Origin: an uncultured Gemmatimonadales bacterium | GTDB taxonomy: Bacteria; Gemmatimonadota; Gemmatimonadetes; Gemmatimonadales; GWC2-71-9 | Reading direction: 5' to 3' | Length of the DNA: 64,000 nt | Assembly (NCBI GenBank): GCA_963739455.1 | Contig: CAVUAK010000001.1 | Span: forward strand, 352,001 to 416,000 | Shown: piece by piece, positions 40,669 to 50,379 of the stretch | Numbering within the stretch: position 1 is the first letter of the stretch | How the letters are laid out: the number at the start of each line of letters is the position of its first letter | Made by a program: the position numbers and the translations under genes | The notes under the pieces: generated by a model | What the model saw: the letters and a program-made list of their open reading frames with translations, nothing else | Told to the model about the DNA's origin: nothing | Database searches by the model: none

Positions 40669-42460
40669 TTACCAGCTGCCGCGTACTCTCCGCTCGAGTT
40701 TCCCGCCGAAGTACTCGCCCCACCGTCGCTCCACCAGTCTTACCACCTCATCAGGCATCGTCACCGGCGGCGGATAGCCCGGCTTCCACGTCGCGTCAAT
40801 GCCGATCCGCCCGCCGTACACCGGCTTGGCCCCAATGAACGACTGGCGCTCGAAGATCATGTCACGCGCCGGGTCGAAGCGGGTGAAGATGCCCCACACC
40901 GTGCTGCTCTCGTCGTCGAGGTCCACATCATCGCTCACGGCGGCGATGAAGCGAACCGGCCCGAGCCCATCCCACTTCACCAGCCCCGCGAGTACGTCGC
41001 GCGGCTCGGACTTCACTGTGACCACCACGAACCCGCCGTCGAGCACCTTGTGCTTCGTGATCCGCCGGTCGAACGCCGAGGGATCGCTGACCGCCGTGGG
41101 CGGCGCTTCGTTAGTTCGCGCTGGACCGGTGGCATCGAGCACCAGCTTGCTCCCCACGTGCAGTTCATACGATGTGTAGTCCAGCGTGTCGAGCGGTGCG
41201 ATCGGCAGCAGGAGCATCCTGTCCGCCGGGTCGAACCGGTACCAGAGCTCGCGCAGCATCGCCGGGAAGCTCCGCACCGGTACGTCCTCGCGCACCAGCA
41301 CCGTCACCTTGGTCAGCGACAGCTGCCCCGTGCCCAGGAGGTTGAGCGCCACCTTCAGCGCCTCCTTCGGGATGCCGCTCTACCATCGCCACCACCAGCA
41401 GGTTGTGAAAGACCGCATCGGCGGACGCGCTCAGGTCGCGAATCGACGGGTTGATGACGCGGATGAGCGGTCCCACGATCTCCCCCGCGGCGATCCCGAT
41501 CCACTTGTCCTCCTGCGGCGGCTTTCCTACGACGGCGCCGGGGTACACCGGGTTTCGCCGCCGGGTCACCGTCCGCACGTTGAAGACGGGAAACATCTCC
41601 GCCTCGGAGTAGTGCCCATAGTGATCGCCGAAGGGTCCCTCGAGCCGGCGCACATCGGGCGGCACCGTGCCCTCGAGGATGAATTCCGCATTGGCGGGAA
41701 CGTCGAGGGAGATCGTCCTGCCCTTCACGAAGCGCGTTGGCGCGCCGCGCACGTATCCGGCGCACGACAGCTCGTCCATGTCCTCTGGCAGCGGCAGGAT
41801 CGCTGCGAGCATGGTGACGGGGTCGCCACCGAGCACCACCGCGGCCTCGAGCTCCTTGTGCTCCCGCTCCGCCTCGAAGTGATGCCCCCGCCCGCCCTTC
41901 ATGCTCTGCCAGTGCATGCCCGTCGTCGTCGCGTCGTACACCTGCAACCGGTACAGGCCGAAGTTCCGCGCGTTAGTGCGGGGATTCTGCGTCAGCGTAG
42001 GACCGAACGTGATGAATGGGCCGCCGTCGCGCGGCCAGCTCCACAGGTTGGGCAGCCGGTCGAGTCGCGGCGCCTCAACGACCTCCTGCACCGGCGCACT
42101 CGACACGTGCGCCGGCCGCATGAAACGCGCGCGCGCCAGTCGCCCGCGCATCGCCCAGATTTTCGAGAGTGTGGGGGGATTGAGCTGCTGCACCAGGTCG
42201 ATCAGCTCCCGGCCGATCTCCTCCGGGTGACGGCCCAGGGCGATCTCGATGCGTCGCGTCGAGCCGAAGAGGTTCATCACCAGCGGAAAGTCGGCGCCCT
42301 TCACCCGCTCGAACAGCAGCGCCGGACCATCCTGGCGAATGACCCGCTGCACCAGCTCCGCCACTTCATACTGGGGATCGACCTCGACGGCGACACGGAC
42401 CAGCTCGCCTTGCCGCTCGAGTTCCGCGATGAACGACTGCAAGTCGCTGAAGGCCAACAC
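40669..42460 (-). CDS. ubiD: UbiD-family decarboxylase, MqnL-like (frameshift near 41375)
   Basis: GPALLFE, NLFG, WPRDGG.FIT, N.G.YRLQ, EGPFGDH.G.Y, GKPPQED; duplicated C-terminal ..RFDP.RD module. Confidence 0.88.
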
Positions 42461-42488
42461 GTGTCCTCGGTTATCTGTTTCCACCCAC

Positions 42489-42516
42489 CCAACGCCCAAC
42501 GCCCAACGCCCAACGC
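42489..42516 (+). repeat. 4 x CCAACGC immediately after the DUF62 stop
   Basis: Perfect tandem; same family as CTAACGC/GCGTTAG at 15989-16493. Confidence 0.92.
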
Positions 42517-43278
42517 CTACCCGCCCAGTCGCGCCCGCACCTCATGACCCACACCAATGCCCAGTCGACGAGCCGCCGATCCATCACGGACGGCAATCTC
42601 CACCAGCCCGCCCGAGCCGACGTAGCTCACCAGCCCGCCACTTGGCACGTCACCAAACGTCTTCTGCAGCCGGCCCACTTCGAGGTCGTTGGTCTCGAGC
42701 ACGGCGTAGTCCGGCACTTCCTCGGTGGTGAGGTTCGTCACCAGCGTGCCGAAACGGTCCACGTAGATCACCTCGCCGACCACCACCTTGCCCTCGTAGT
42801 GCGGCGCGCCCGCGGTAAGGCGGACCAGGTCGGCACTGGCGGGGGCGCCAAGCAGGTGCAACGGGTAACCCATGAGGATGCGCGCCGCCGCAGGCGCAAA
42901 GAGGTCGCGGCCATGAAACGTGGGAGCGGCACGCTCCGGCGTCTCCAGCGTCACGGCCTCGAATGGTCCCGCGGTGAGCACATAGGAGAAGATGCCGTTG
43001 TCCGGTCCCACGAAGGTGTGACCATGTGACCGCACCGCAAGCGCAGCCCGCGCCGTTCCTACGCCAGGATCGACTACCGCGAGGTGGACCGTGCCTTCGG
43101 GGAATGACCGCCACGCGCGACCCAGCACATAGGCAGCGCTTCGAATGTCTCCGGGGGGGATGAGGTGGGTGATGTCCACGATGCCGGCATCAGGCACTCG
43201 AGACAACAGCACGCCCTTCACCTCGGCGACATAGGAGTCGTTGAGGCCGTAGTCCGTCAGGAAGGTGATGAGTGGCAC
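42517..43278 (-). CDS. SAM hydroxide adenosyltransferase / chlorinase-fluorinase family (DUF62)
   Basis: ITFLTDYG..D.YV, VDITH, VVDPGVG, GPDNG, TFHGRD.FAP, D.FG, GS.G.VEIA. Confidence 0.92.
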   Translation of the reverse strand: MPLITFLTDYGLNDSYVAEVKGVLLSRVPDAGIVDITHLIPPGDIRSAAYVLGRAWRSFPEGTVHLAVVDPGVGTARAALAVRSHGHTFVGPDNGIFSYVLTAGPFEAVTLETPERAAPTFHGRDLFAPAAARILMGYPLHLLGAPASADLVRLTAGAPHYEGKVVVGEVIYVDRFGTLVTNLTTEEVPDYAVLETNDLEVGRLQKTFGDVPSGGLVSYVGSGGLVEIAVRDGSAARRLGIGVGHEVRARLGG

Positions 43279-43371
43279 AGGGAGAATTGTAGGCACCAGA
43301 ACCGGTTGCCGCACGGGCCGGCACCTGCCGGCGGCACTGCAGCACTAACGCGGGCCGGCGATGGCCATGAC

Positions 43372-44499
43372 TCAGCCCCCCGGTGGCCCAGGCTGGCTGT
43401 CGAGTTCCACGATGTCCATCCGGTGCGCCTTCCGCCCACCACGCACGGTCCTGTCCACCGGAGCATCGGCCGCGACCAGGACCGCGGCCTTCTCGACCGC
43501 GCGCTGCGCCAGCGCCCGCGCGCCCTCTCGCAGTTCCGGGCTGCGCATCACGTAGGTGACGTTCCGCTCCATGTCCTCTGCCGACCAGCCGCGGCTGCTC
43601 GCAATGAAGGGAAACTGGGGGAAGTCGAAACCAAGCTCCGAGAAGAACATGAGCATCTGTCCCGCGACCGCCTGCACGTTGTCCTGTCCACCGGTGATGA
43701 TGAACGCCGCCACCTTGTTCCGGATCAGTACGTTGTCGCGGATCGTCACCTGGTTCTGGATGCAGTTCATCCGCTCGATCAGCTTGAAATAGAGCGAGCT
43801 GGCACTGCCCCACCGGATCGGCGAGGAGAGGATCACCACGTCACTCCAGAACACCAGCGCCTCGTAGACCCGCTCCATCTGGTCTTCCGCATCCATCTGC
43901 GTGATGGAGCATGGCCAGGTGCATGCCTGTGCGCTCTTCGAGTAGTAGCCCTCGCAGTGGCGGAACTTCAGCGTGTTCGCATGCAGCATCCGGGTCTCGG
44001 CGCCCGCCTCGGCGGCAGCATCGAGCGCAACTTCGAGCAGGCTGTCGGAGGTGGAGTAGCGGGGATAGGCAGCGTCCATGGCGGTGGTTGAGAGGCCGAG
44101 GACGCGAATCCGCCCCGGTTCACGGATGATCGGACGCTCCAGTGGGTGCCGCTCGTGCGGTGCCTTCCGCCGCGGCGTGGCACTCGCAAGGTCCACCAGT
44201 ACCCGCCCGTCCTCGATCTTGAGTTCGTAGCGCGGCACCTGGTCGGTCTCGTAGCCTGGCTCCCCCTGCCCCGTGACCCGATGGAATTTCCAGTGATGCC
44301 AGGGACACACAATGAAGTCGCCCTCGAGGGCACCGTCGCCCAGCGGACCGCCGACGTGATTGCAGACGCCCGACACCGCGCCGAACACGCCCGCATGATG
44401 ACTCAGCGCGATCTTCGTCCGCCCGATGATGAGTTGCTGCAGTGAGCGCTGCCGCAGGTCGGCGACGGCGCCGAGATCCTTCCAGTCGGGGCCGCTCAC
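43372..44499 (-). CDS. Rieske [2Fe-2S] domain fused to flavodoxin-like FMN reductase/iron-sulfur flavoprotein domain
   Basis: CNH..GPL and CPWH Rieske ligands; CEGYYSK...CTWPC, SPIRWG, ERMN, ITGGQDN. Confidence 0.85.
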   Translation of the reverse strand: MSGPDWKDLGAVADLRQRSLQQLIIGRTKIALSHHAGVFGAVSGVCNHVGGPLGDGALEGDFIVCPWHHWKFHRVTGQGEPGYETDQVPRYELKIEDGRVLVDLASATPRRKAPHERHPLERPIIREPGRIRVLGLSTTAMDAAYPRYSTSDSLLEVALDAAAEAGAETRMLHANTLKFRHCEGYYSKSAQACTWPCSITQMDAEDQMERVYEALVFWSDVVILSSPIRWGSASSLYFKLIERMNCIQNQVTIRDNVLIRNKVAAFIITGGQDNVQAVAGQMLMFFSELGFDFPQFPFIASSRGWSAEDMERNVTYVMRSPELREGARALAQRAVEKAAVLVAADAPVDRTVRGGRKAHRMDIVELDSQPGPPGG

Positions 44500-44957
44500 T
44501 TGCCCGGTGCCACCCGGCGAAGTGCCGCGAGGAAGCTGTCGGGCTGTGCCGGGCTCACGAGCAGGGCGAATCCCCCGCTCGTGGGCACGTACACCGCCCG
44601 GTGCTGATCCGTCAGCGACAACAGAGCCTTCTCCCCGTTACTGAGCTTGAACCAGCCTGCCTTGTAGCCCGGCAGTCCCGTTCCCATTGTGCGCCATCTC
44701 GGCGCCAGCTCCGGCTCACGATCGAGGTCCACGATCCGCGCGGCGCCGCCGCGCAGACTGGCCGCGGGGATGAGCCGCCGGCCGTAGATGTCACCTCGCA
44801 GGGCCAGCCCCGCAGGCGAGAGCTCGATGCGCGCGCGTGACGGACCGAGGGCCGTCATGAGCAGGCTGGCAGCGACGGCGAGCAGCAGGATGGCGACGGG
44901 AATGAAGAACCAGAGAGGGCGACTGCTGGCAGGCGCGATCGGGAACGTCTCAGCCAT
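44496..44957 (-). CDS. Bacterial PH-domain membrane protein
   Basis: N-terminal TM; RT.G.GLPGY.AGWF.L..G pattern. Confidence 0.7.
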   Translation of the reverse strand: MAETFPIAPASSRPLWFFIPVAILLLAVAASLLMTALGPSRARIELSPAGLALRGDIYGRRLIPAASLRGGAARIVDLDREPELAPRWRTMGTGLPGYKAGWFKLSNGEKALLSLTDQHRAVYVPTSGGFALLVSPAQPDSFLAALRRVAPGK

Positions 44958-45007
44958 CACCTGAGGCCTCGCGAGAGGAGGAGGTTTGCAATCTACGCTC
45001 CACGCGC

Positions 45008-45036
45008 TTGACAGGCACTATTCGAAGTCCTAAGGT
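45008..45036 (+). promoter_or_regulatory. Sigma-70 promoter TTGACA-N17-TAAGGT
   Basis: Perfect -35, 17-nt spacer, TAnnnT -10. Confidence 0.75.
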
Positions 45037-45042
45037 GCATTC

Positions 45043-45105
45043 ATGATGCATACCGCCCGGCAGCAGTGCGCCGTCAGGAACAATCACGGGACGTGCAGCC
45101 CCTAG
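45043..45105 (+). CDS. Putative leaderless leader peptide [20 protein letters not shown]
   Basis: ATG lies 7 nt after the -10 element; followed by mutually exclusive hairpins. Confidence 0.4.
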   Translation: MMHTARQQCAVRNNHGTCSP

Positions 45106-45211
45106 GTCGCGCCCGCTGGGAGGTATTTTGCGAATGCAGCGCCCCCTCCGGAGCCTTCCAGCGGGGGCGCTGGGCATTCAGGGACCCGAGGCACAAAGGA
45201 GTGCCACGACA

Positions 45212-46027
45212 ATGATGATGGAGCGGGAGCCACTCGCCAGGCACTACTTGCTGGCCAGCGATTTTGACCACACGCTGAGCTTCAATGATTCCGGCGTCGT
45301 GCTGAGCGAGATGCTCGGCCTGGCCGGTTTCCAGGAGCGCATCGCGGGACTGAGCAGCATCCACCTGGTCCAGCAAGGCGCCGAACTCGCCTACCTGCTG
45401 CAGCACGACCCCGAGTACCGGCGCGTGCGGCGCGAGGACCTGATCGAGGTGGGGCGGCGCATCCGGCTCAAGTCGAACCTGCCGCTCCTGCTGCAGATGC
45501 TCGACCACGTCGAGGGATATCGGTTCTCTTTCTACGTCATCTCGGCGGCGCCTGAGGAAGTCATCCAGTCCGCGCTCGAGGGCATCGTGTCACCCGACCA
45601 CATCTTCGGGACGCGCTTCCGCTACGATCCCCACTCCGGTGAGATCCAGTCGATTGTCGAGGTGCCGGCCGGATACGGCAAGGTGGCGGTCCTCGAGCAA
45701 CTGCGCAGTCAACTGGCAGTCGGTCGCGACCGCATCATCTACGTCGGCGATGGCAGCTCCGACGTGCACGTCATGCTGCACGTGAACCGCCTGGACGGGC
45801 TCACGGTCGCGGTGTCGGAGAACAAGTACCTCACGCCGATTGCCCGGCGGACCATCCTGAGCGATACCGCGCTCAGCGTCATGGTACCGATCCTGGAGGA
45901 TGTCGTGGGGTGGCAACCGATGCGGATTCGGGCGCTGTTCGACGCACATGGCCTGGTGCTGCAGGAGTGGGACAAGACCCGCACCGATTTCGTCACGGTC
46001 ATCCGCCAGGAGCCGCTCAGTGCATGA
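45212..46027 (+). CDS. HAD-superfamily (IB-like) phosphatase
   Basis: DFDHTL motif I, VISA motif II, K, YVGDG.SD motif IV; SD AAGGAG. Confidence 0.85.
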   Translation: MMMEREPLARHYLLASDFDHTLSFNDSGVVLSEMLGLAGFQERIAGLSSIHLVQQGAELAYLLQHDPEYRRVRREDLIEVGRRIRLKSNLPLLLQMLDHVEGYRFSFYVISAAPEEVIQSALEGIVSPDHIFGTRFRYDPHSGEIQSIVEVPAGYGKVAVLEQLRSQLAVGRDRIIYVGDGSSDVHVMLHVNRLDGLTVAVSENKYLTPIARRTILSDTALSVMVPILEDVVGWQPMRIRALFDAHGLVLQEWDKTRTDFVTVIRQEPLSA

Positions 46028-46238
46028 CTGGACCTGGATCGGGTGGGTCGCCACCGCAATTTTCGCCAGCTCCTACCTCTTCAAGGAGCCGGCCGCTCTC
46101 CGCCGAATTCAGGCAGTGGGTGCCGTGCTGTGGATTGTGTATGGCGGGCTCATTCACGCGCTGCCGGTCGTCGTCGCCAACTCCATCGTGGCGGTCATCG
46201 CCATCGGTTCTTCGTTCCGCCGACCAGCTACCCGTTGA
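46020..46238 (+). CDS. Small membrane protein (YgjV/PQ-loop-like)
   Basis: [13 protein letters not shown]....LR.IQ..GA.LW..YG....PV..AN; GTG overlapping the HAD 3' end. Confidence 0.7.
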   Translation: MHDWTWIGWVATAIFASSYLFKEPAALRRIQAVGAVLWIVYGGLIHALPVVVANSIVAVIAIGSSFRRPATR

Positions 46239-47339
46239 GGATCGGCAGCGCCATCGGGCGCGCTGCCACCGCCTCCTGAACTTTTGCGGCGACGTCACGC
46301 AGCACGGTGGCGGCGGCACTTCCAGGAGCACCCGCCAGCACCGGCATGCCGACGTCGGCTGCCTCGGCGAGTCCCGGCTGCAGCGGCACTGAGCCAAGCA
46401 GCGGCACGCCGATCTCGTCGGCCAGACGCTGGCCACCGCCCGACGAGAAGAGCTCGAAGCGCTTGCCCGTCTCTGGGATCCACGAACGCGCTCATGTTCT
46501 CCACCACGCCGACCACCGGCACGCCGACCTTCTCGAACATCTTGGCCCCGCGGAGCGCGTCGCCCACCGCGACCTCCTGCGGTGTCGTGACGATCACCGC
46601 GGCAGCCACCTGGGTCGACTGGACCAGTGAGAGCTGCGCGTCGCCGGTGCCCGGCGGCAGGTCCACGATGAAGTAGTCCAGCTCGCCCCACTCGACGTCG
46701 CGCAGGAACTGCTGCACGATCTTCATGATGATCGGACCGCGCCAGATCGCCGGCGCGTCGCGGTCCACCAGCAGCCCGAGCGACATCAGCTTCACGCCGT
46801 GCGCCTCGAGCGGCTGGATGCGGTTGCCGATGACTGGCGGCTTGTCGAACACGCCGAACATGCGCGGGATGTTCGGGCCATAGACGTCGGCGTCCATGAT
46901 GCCGACCGCGAAACCCTGCTGCACCAGCGCGATCGCGAGGTTGGCCGCGACGGTGGACTTGCCGACGCCGCCCTTGCCCGAGGAGATCGCGATCACGCGG
47001 CCGAGGTTGGGCTGCGCCATCGGCTGCTGAGCTGGAACACCAGTCGAGGCAGACTGCGGCCCACCAGGCGGTGCATGCGTCGTCTTGGCCGCACCTGCCG
47101 GATCGACCACGTTGATCTTGATGTCGCTCACGCCGTCGAGCTCGCGAATGGCCTTCCGCGCCTCGCGCACGAGCGTTGCCGGGTCGTCACGGCCCAGCAG
47201 GAACGTGAACGCGACCCGTCCCGTCCCATCGACGGTCAGGTCGCGCACCATTCCAGCCGAGACGAGGTCGTTTTCGAGCCGCGGATTCTGCAGGCGGCTC
47301 GAGGGCCGCCATGACCTGTCCTTCGAGTGACTGCGCCAC
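46228..47339 (-). CDS. apbC: Mrp/ApbC (NBP35-family) Fe-S cluster carrier ATPase (frameshifts near 47300 and 46478)
   Basis: SGKGGVGKSTVA.NLA, DADVYGP, WRGP, DLPPGTGD, VTTPQ, GVVENMS, F..GGG; GTG at 47339 with AGGAG SD. Confidence 0.9.
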
Positions 47340-47358
47340 GCTTCTCCTATCGGTCTAC

Positions 47359-47390
47359 TTCACGTCTTCACGTCTTCACGTCCTCACGTC
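47359..47390 (+). repeat. 4 x octamer (T/C)TCACGTC after the nfu stop
   Basis: TTCACGTC x3, CTCACGTC; abuts the TAG at 47391-47393. Confidence 0.95.
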
Positions 47391-47648
47391 CTAGACTGAT
47401 TCCACGCTCCGCACCTCAGGTACCGCCTGTTTCAGGCGCACCTCGATCCCCTGCTTCAGCGTCACCGAAGAAGCCGAGCAGCCGTGGCAGGTGCCTCCCA
47501 GCCGGAGCAGCAGGGTGCCGTCGGCCTCGTCGAAATCCACCACTTCCACCTGGCCGCGATGGGAGGCGATGTAGGGCCGCAGCGTATCGAGCGACTGCTC
47601 GATCCGCTCCATCACCGTCAATCCGGGGTCCGTTCTCAATTCCGACAT
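47391..47648 (-). CDS. NifU C-terminal domain (Nfu) Fe-S carrier
   Basis: LRPYI..H.G.VE, L.G.CHGC.AS..TLK.GIE. Confidence 0.92.
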   Translation of the reverse strand: MSELRTDPGLTVMERIEQSLDTLRPYIASHRGQVEVVDFDEADGTLLLRLGGTCHGCSASSVTLKQGIEVRLKQAVPEVRSVESV

Positions 47649-47679
47649 AGTCACTCGGCAATATGTTCCGGTCAGCCGA

Positions 47680-48709
47680 TCAGGTCAACGCTGGCACCCG
47701 CGAACCCAGGAAGTCCCGCGCGGCCGCCAGCACGATCGCCTGGACTTCCGGCAGGGTGCCTTCCACCGAGAGGCCCGCGGCCTTGGTGTGCCCGCCACCC
47801 CCAAAGTGCTTCGCAAACCCGGCGACGTCTACGTCACCCACCGACCGCAGCGACACCTTCACCCGGCCATGCGCGATCTCGCGGAAGAGCAGCGCCATCC
47901 GCACGCCCTCGACCGAGCGGGGGAATTCCACCACGCCGTCCAGGTCATCGGGTGACACCCCCCACCGCTCCATGGCGCCGGGCGGCACCGTGATCCAGGC
48001 GAGCCCGAGCTCGGGTTCCACCACCAGCGTCTCGAGCGCGTCGGCCAGCAGGCGATGGCGACCCTCCGGCACGTTGGCGTAGACCTCGAGGTAGATCTCC
48101 TCCGGGTCGACGCCGATCTCGAGCAGGTCGGCGGCCACGCGCAGGACACGCGGGTCGCGTATTGCTGAAGCGGAAGCCACCGGTGTCCGTGAGCACCGCC
48201 ACATACAGCGCGCGCGCCGCGCTCACCGGGATGTCCCACCCATTCGCCTCGGCGAGCTCGACCACCAACTCGCCGGTGGCGCTCGCCTTCGGGTCCACGT
48301 AGCGCGGTCCCGGCGGCAGCGTCCCTTCGCTCACATGATGGTCGATGCACGCCACCGGGACGCCGCGATCGCGCACCGCGTCGTGCAGCATGCCGAGCCG
48401 GCCCAGGTCGGCGATGTCCAGAACGAGGATGAGGTCCGCGCGCCGGATCTCCTTCACCGCCTCCGCCGTCTTGTCCACGCCGGGCAGGTCGTGCAGCAGG
48501 AAGTCGAATCGCGGCGGTGTGGGCGTCGGGTTGGTGATGACCGGATGTGCGCCGAGCGCGCGCAGCAGGTGCACCATCGCCACTTCACTGCCGAGCCCGT
48601 CGCCATCGGGATTGACGTGGGTCGTGATGCAGATGCGCTGACCCGGCTTGATCGCGGCGGCGAATGCGGCGGCCGATGCGAGCTTCTCGGCGGAGAGAGA
48701 GATTGTCAT
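47680..48709 (-). CDS. nrnA: DHH/DHHA1 phosphoesterase (frameshift near 48160)
   Basis: H.NPDGD.LGS, IDHH, DTGGF, KVSLRS, GGGH..AAG. Confidence 0.88.
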
Positions 48710-48740
48710 GGACCCCAAAGCTAAGTGTGACGGTGATGGC

Positions 48741-48779
48741 AGAAAAGACGAGGGGACGGAGAAACGCTCCGTCCCCTCG
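48741..48779 (-). terminator. Intrinsic terminator after the guaB-permease operon
   Basis: 13-bp stem CGAGGGGACGGAG / CTCCGTCCCCTCG, 5-nt loop, minus-strand tail TCTTTTCT. Confidence 0.85.
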
Positions 48780-48799
48780 CCGCATGCCGTCGGTGCACC

Positions 48800-50341
48800 C
48801 TACTTGTTCGTCTTGTTCAGCACCGAATGGTTCCGCCCGTAGAGGAAGTAGATCAGCAAGCCGATGAAGAGCCAGACGAAGAGCCGGATCCAGGTATCGA
48901 CCGGCAGCAGCGCCATCATGCCAAGGCACGTCAGGATGCCAAGGATCGGCACCAGCGGCACCAGCGGCGTACGGAAGGGCCGCGGGAGGTCCGGCTGCTT
49001 CTTCCGCAGCACGATGATGCCGCCGCAGACGATCACGAAGGCCAGCAGTGTACCGATGGACACCAGTTCGCCCAGCAGCCCGATCGGCAGGGTGCCCGCA
49101 ATCACCGCCGCCACCAGGCCGGTGATGATCGTCGAGATATACGGCGTCTGGAACTTCGGGTGCACCTTCGCGAACACCGGCGGGAGCAGGCCATCGCGCG
49201 CCATGGTGAAGAAGATGCGCGGCTGGCCCATGAGCATCACGAGCACCACCGAGGCAAGGCCGGCGATGGCGCCGATGTTGACGAAGAAGCCCAGCCACTT
49301 GAGCGCCGGCCCCGCCTTCTCGATGGCGACGAACACCGGGTGCGGCACGTTGAGCTCGGAGTAGTGTGCCAGGCCGGTCATGACGAGTGCCATCAGGATG
49401 TACAGCACCGTGCAGATGGCAAGCGAGCCGAGCATGCCGATCGGCAGGTCACGCTGCGGGTTCTTTGCCTCCTGGGCCGCGGTGCTGACCGCGTCGAAAC
49501 CGATGTAGGCGAAGAAGATCACCGCGGCGCCGCGGATGATGCCGCTCCAGCCGTAGTGCCCGACCTCACCGGTGTTCACCGGGATGAAGGGATGCCAGTT
49601 GGCGGTGTTGACGTACTTGAAGCCGAACCCGATGACGAGCAGGACGATGGCCAGCTTCACGAAGACGACGATGTTGTTGAATCGCGCCGACTCCTTGATG
49701 CCGACGACCAGCAGCGCGGTGATCAGCAGGACCAGCACGACAGCCGGCAGGTTGACCAGGCCGTGCCCGAGGGTGAAGCCCTTGGACACGCAATCGGCCA
49801 CCGGGATGAGCGTGTGACTGACCGCATCCACCGCCACGCCGCCCGACGCGGGGTTGATGCAGATGTCGGAACGGACCAGGGTATGCGTTCCCTGCACACT
49901 GAACGGCGCGCCCGTCAGCGCCGGTGGCAGGGTGAAGCCGATCTCGGCCATGAACGCCGTGAAGTAGCCCGACCAGCCCACCGCGACCGTCGAGGCGGCG
50001 AAGAGGTATTCGAGGATCAGGTCCCAGCCGATGATCCAGGCCACGAGCTCACCCAGCGTGGCATAGCCGTACGTGTAGGCACTGCCCGCCACCGGGATCA
50101 TCGATGAGAACTCGGCGTAGCAGAGTCCGGCGAAGAGGCACCCGATCCCGGCGAGTACGAACGAGAGGACGATGCCTGGCCCGGCGTATTGCGCCGCCGC
50201 AGTGCCCGTCAGGACGAAGATGCCGGCGCCGATGATGGCGCCGATGCCGAGCAGCACCAGGTTGGTCGCGGTGAGGACGCGCTTGAGGCCGCCCTCCTCG
50301 CCCCGGAGGTCGGCCATCGACTTTGTGCGGAAGTAATCCAT
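48800..50341 (-). CDS. APC-family (CAT-like) amino acid permease
   Basis: GIGAIIGAGIF, CYAE, PVAGSAY.Y, FFAYIGFD, EAKNPQR, RPFR.P. Confidence 0.95.
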   Translation of the reverse strand: MDYFRTKSMADLRGEEGGLKRVLTATNLVLLGIGAIIGAGIFVLTGTAAAQYAGPGIVLSFVLAGIGCLFAGLCYAEFSSMIPVAGSAYTYGYATLGELVAWIIGWDLILEYLFAASTVAVGWSGYFTAFMAEIGFTLPPALTGAPFSVQGTHTLVRSDICINPASGGVAVDAVSHTLIPVADCVSKGFTLGHGLVNLPAVVLVLLITALLVVGIKESARFNNIVVFVKLAIVLLVIGFGFKYVNTANWHPFIPVNTGEVGHYGWSGIIRGAAVIFFAYIGFDAVSTAAQEAKNPQRDLPIGMLGSLAICTVLYILMALVMTGLAHYSELNVPHPVFVAIEKAGPALKWLGFFVNIGAIAGLASVVLVMLMGQPRIFFTMARDGLLPPVFAKVHPKFQTPYISTIITGLVAAVIAGTLPIGLLGELVSIGTLLAFVIVCGGIIVLRKKQPDLPRPFRTPLVPLVPILGILTCLGMMALLPVDTWIRLFVWLFIGLLIYFLYGRNHSVLNKTNK

Positions 50342-50379
50342 GCAGTGCCCTGGGTTGAGGGGTCGAGCTCAGAGTAGTG

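Noticed and set aside
42517..43278. Fluorinase/chlorinase paired with the haloperoxidase as a halogenation cluster
   Set aside because: The protein has the TFHGRD motif of ordinary DUF62 SAM hydrolases, the VHPO homologue lacks catalytic residues, and there are no biosynthetic genes nearby.
45106..45180. SAH or SAM riboswitch in the HAD leader
   Set aside because: The GAGGGGGCGCTGCA similarity is on the wrong strand and lacks the CAGGCUC partner; no SAM-I core seen.
13583..47390. Repeat arrays as CRISPR
   Set aside because: Units are 7-9 bp, directly tandem, with no spacers; no cas genes in the window.
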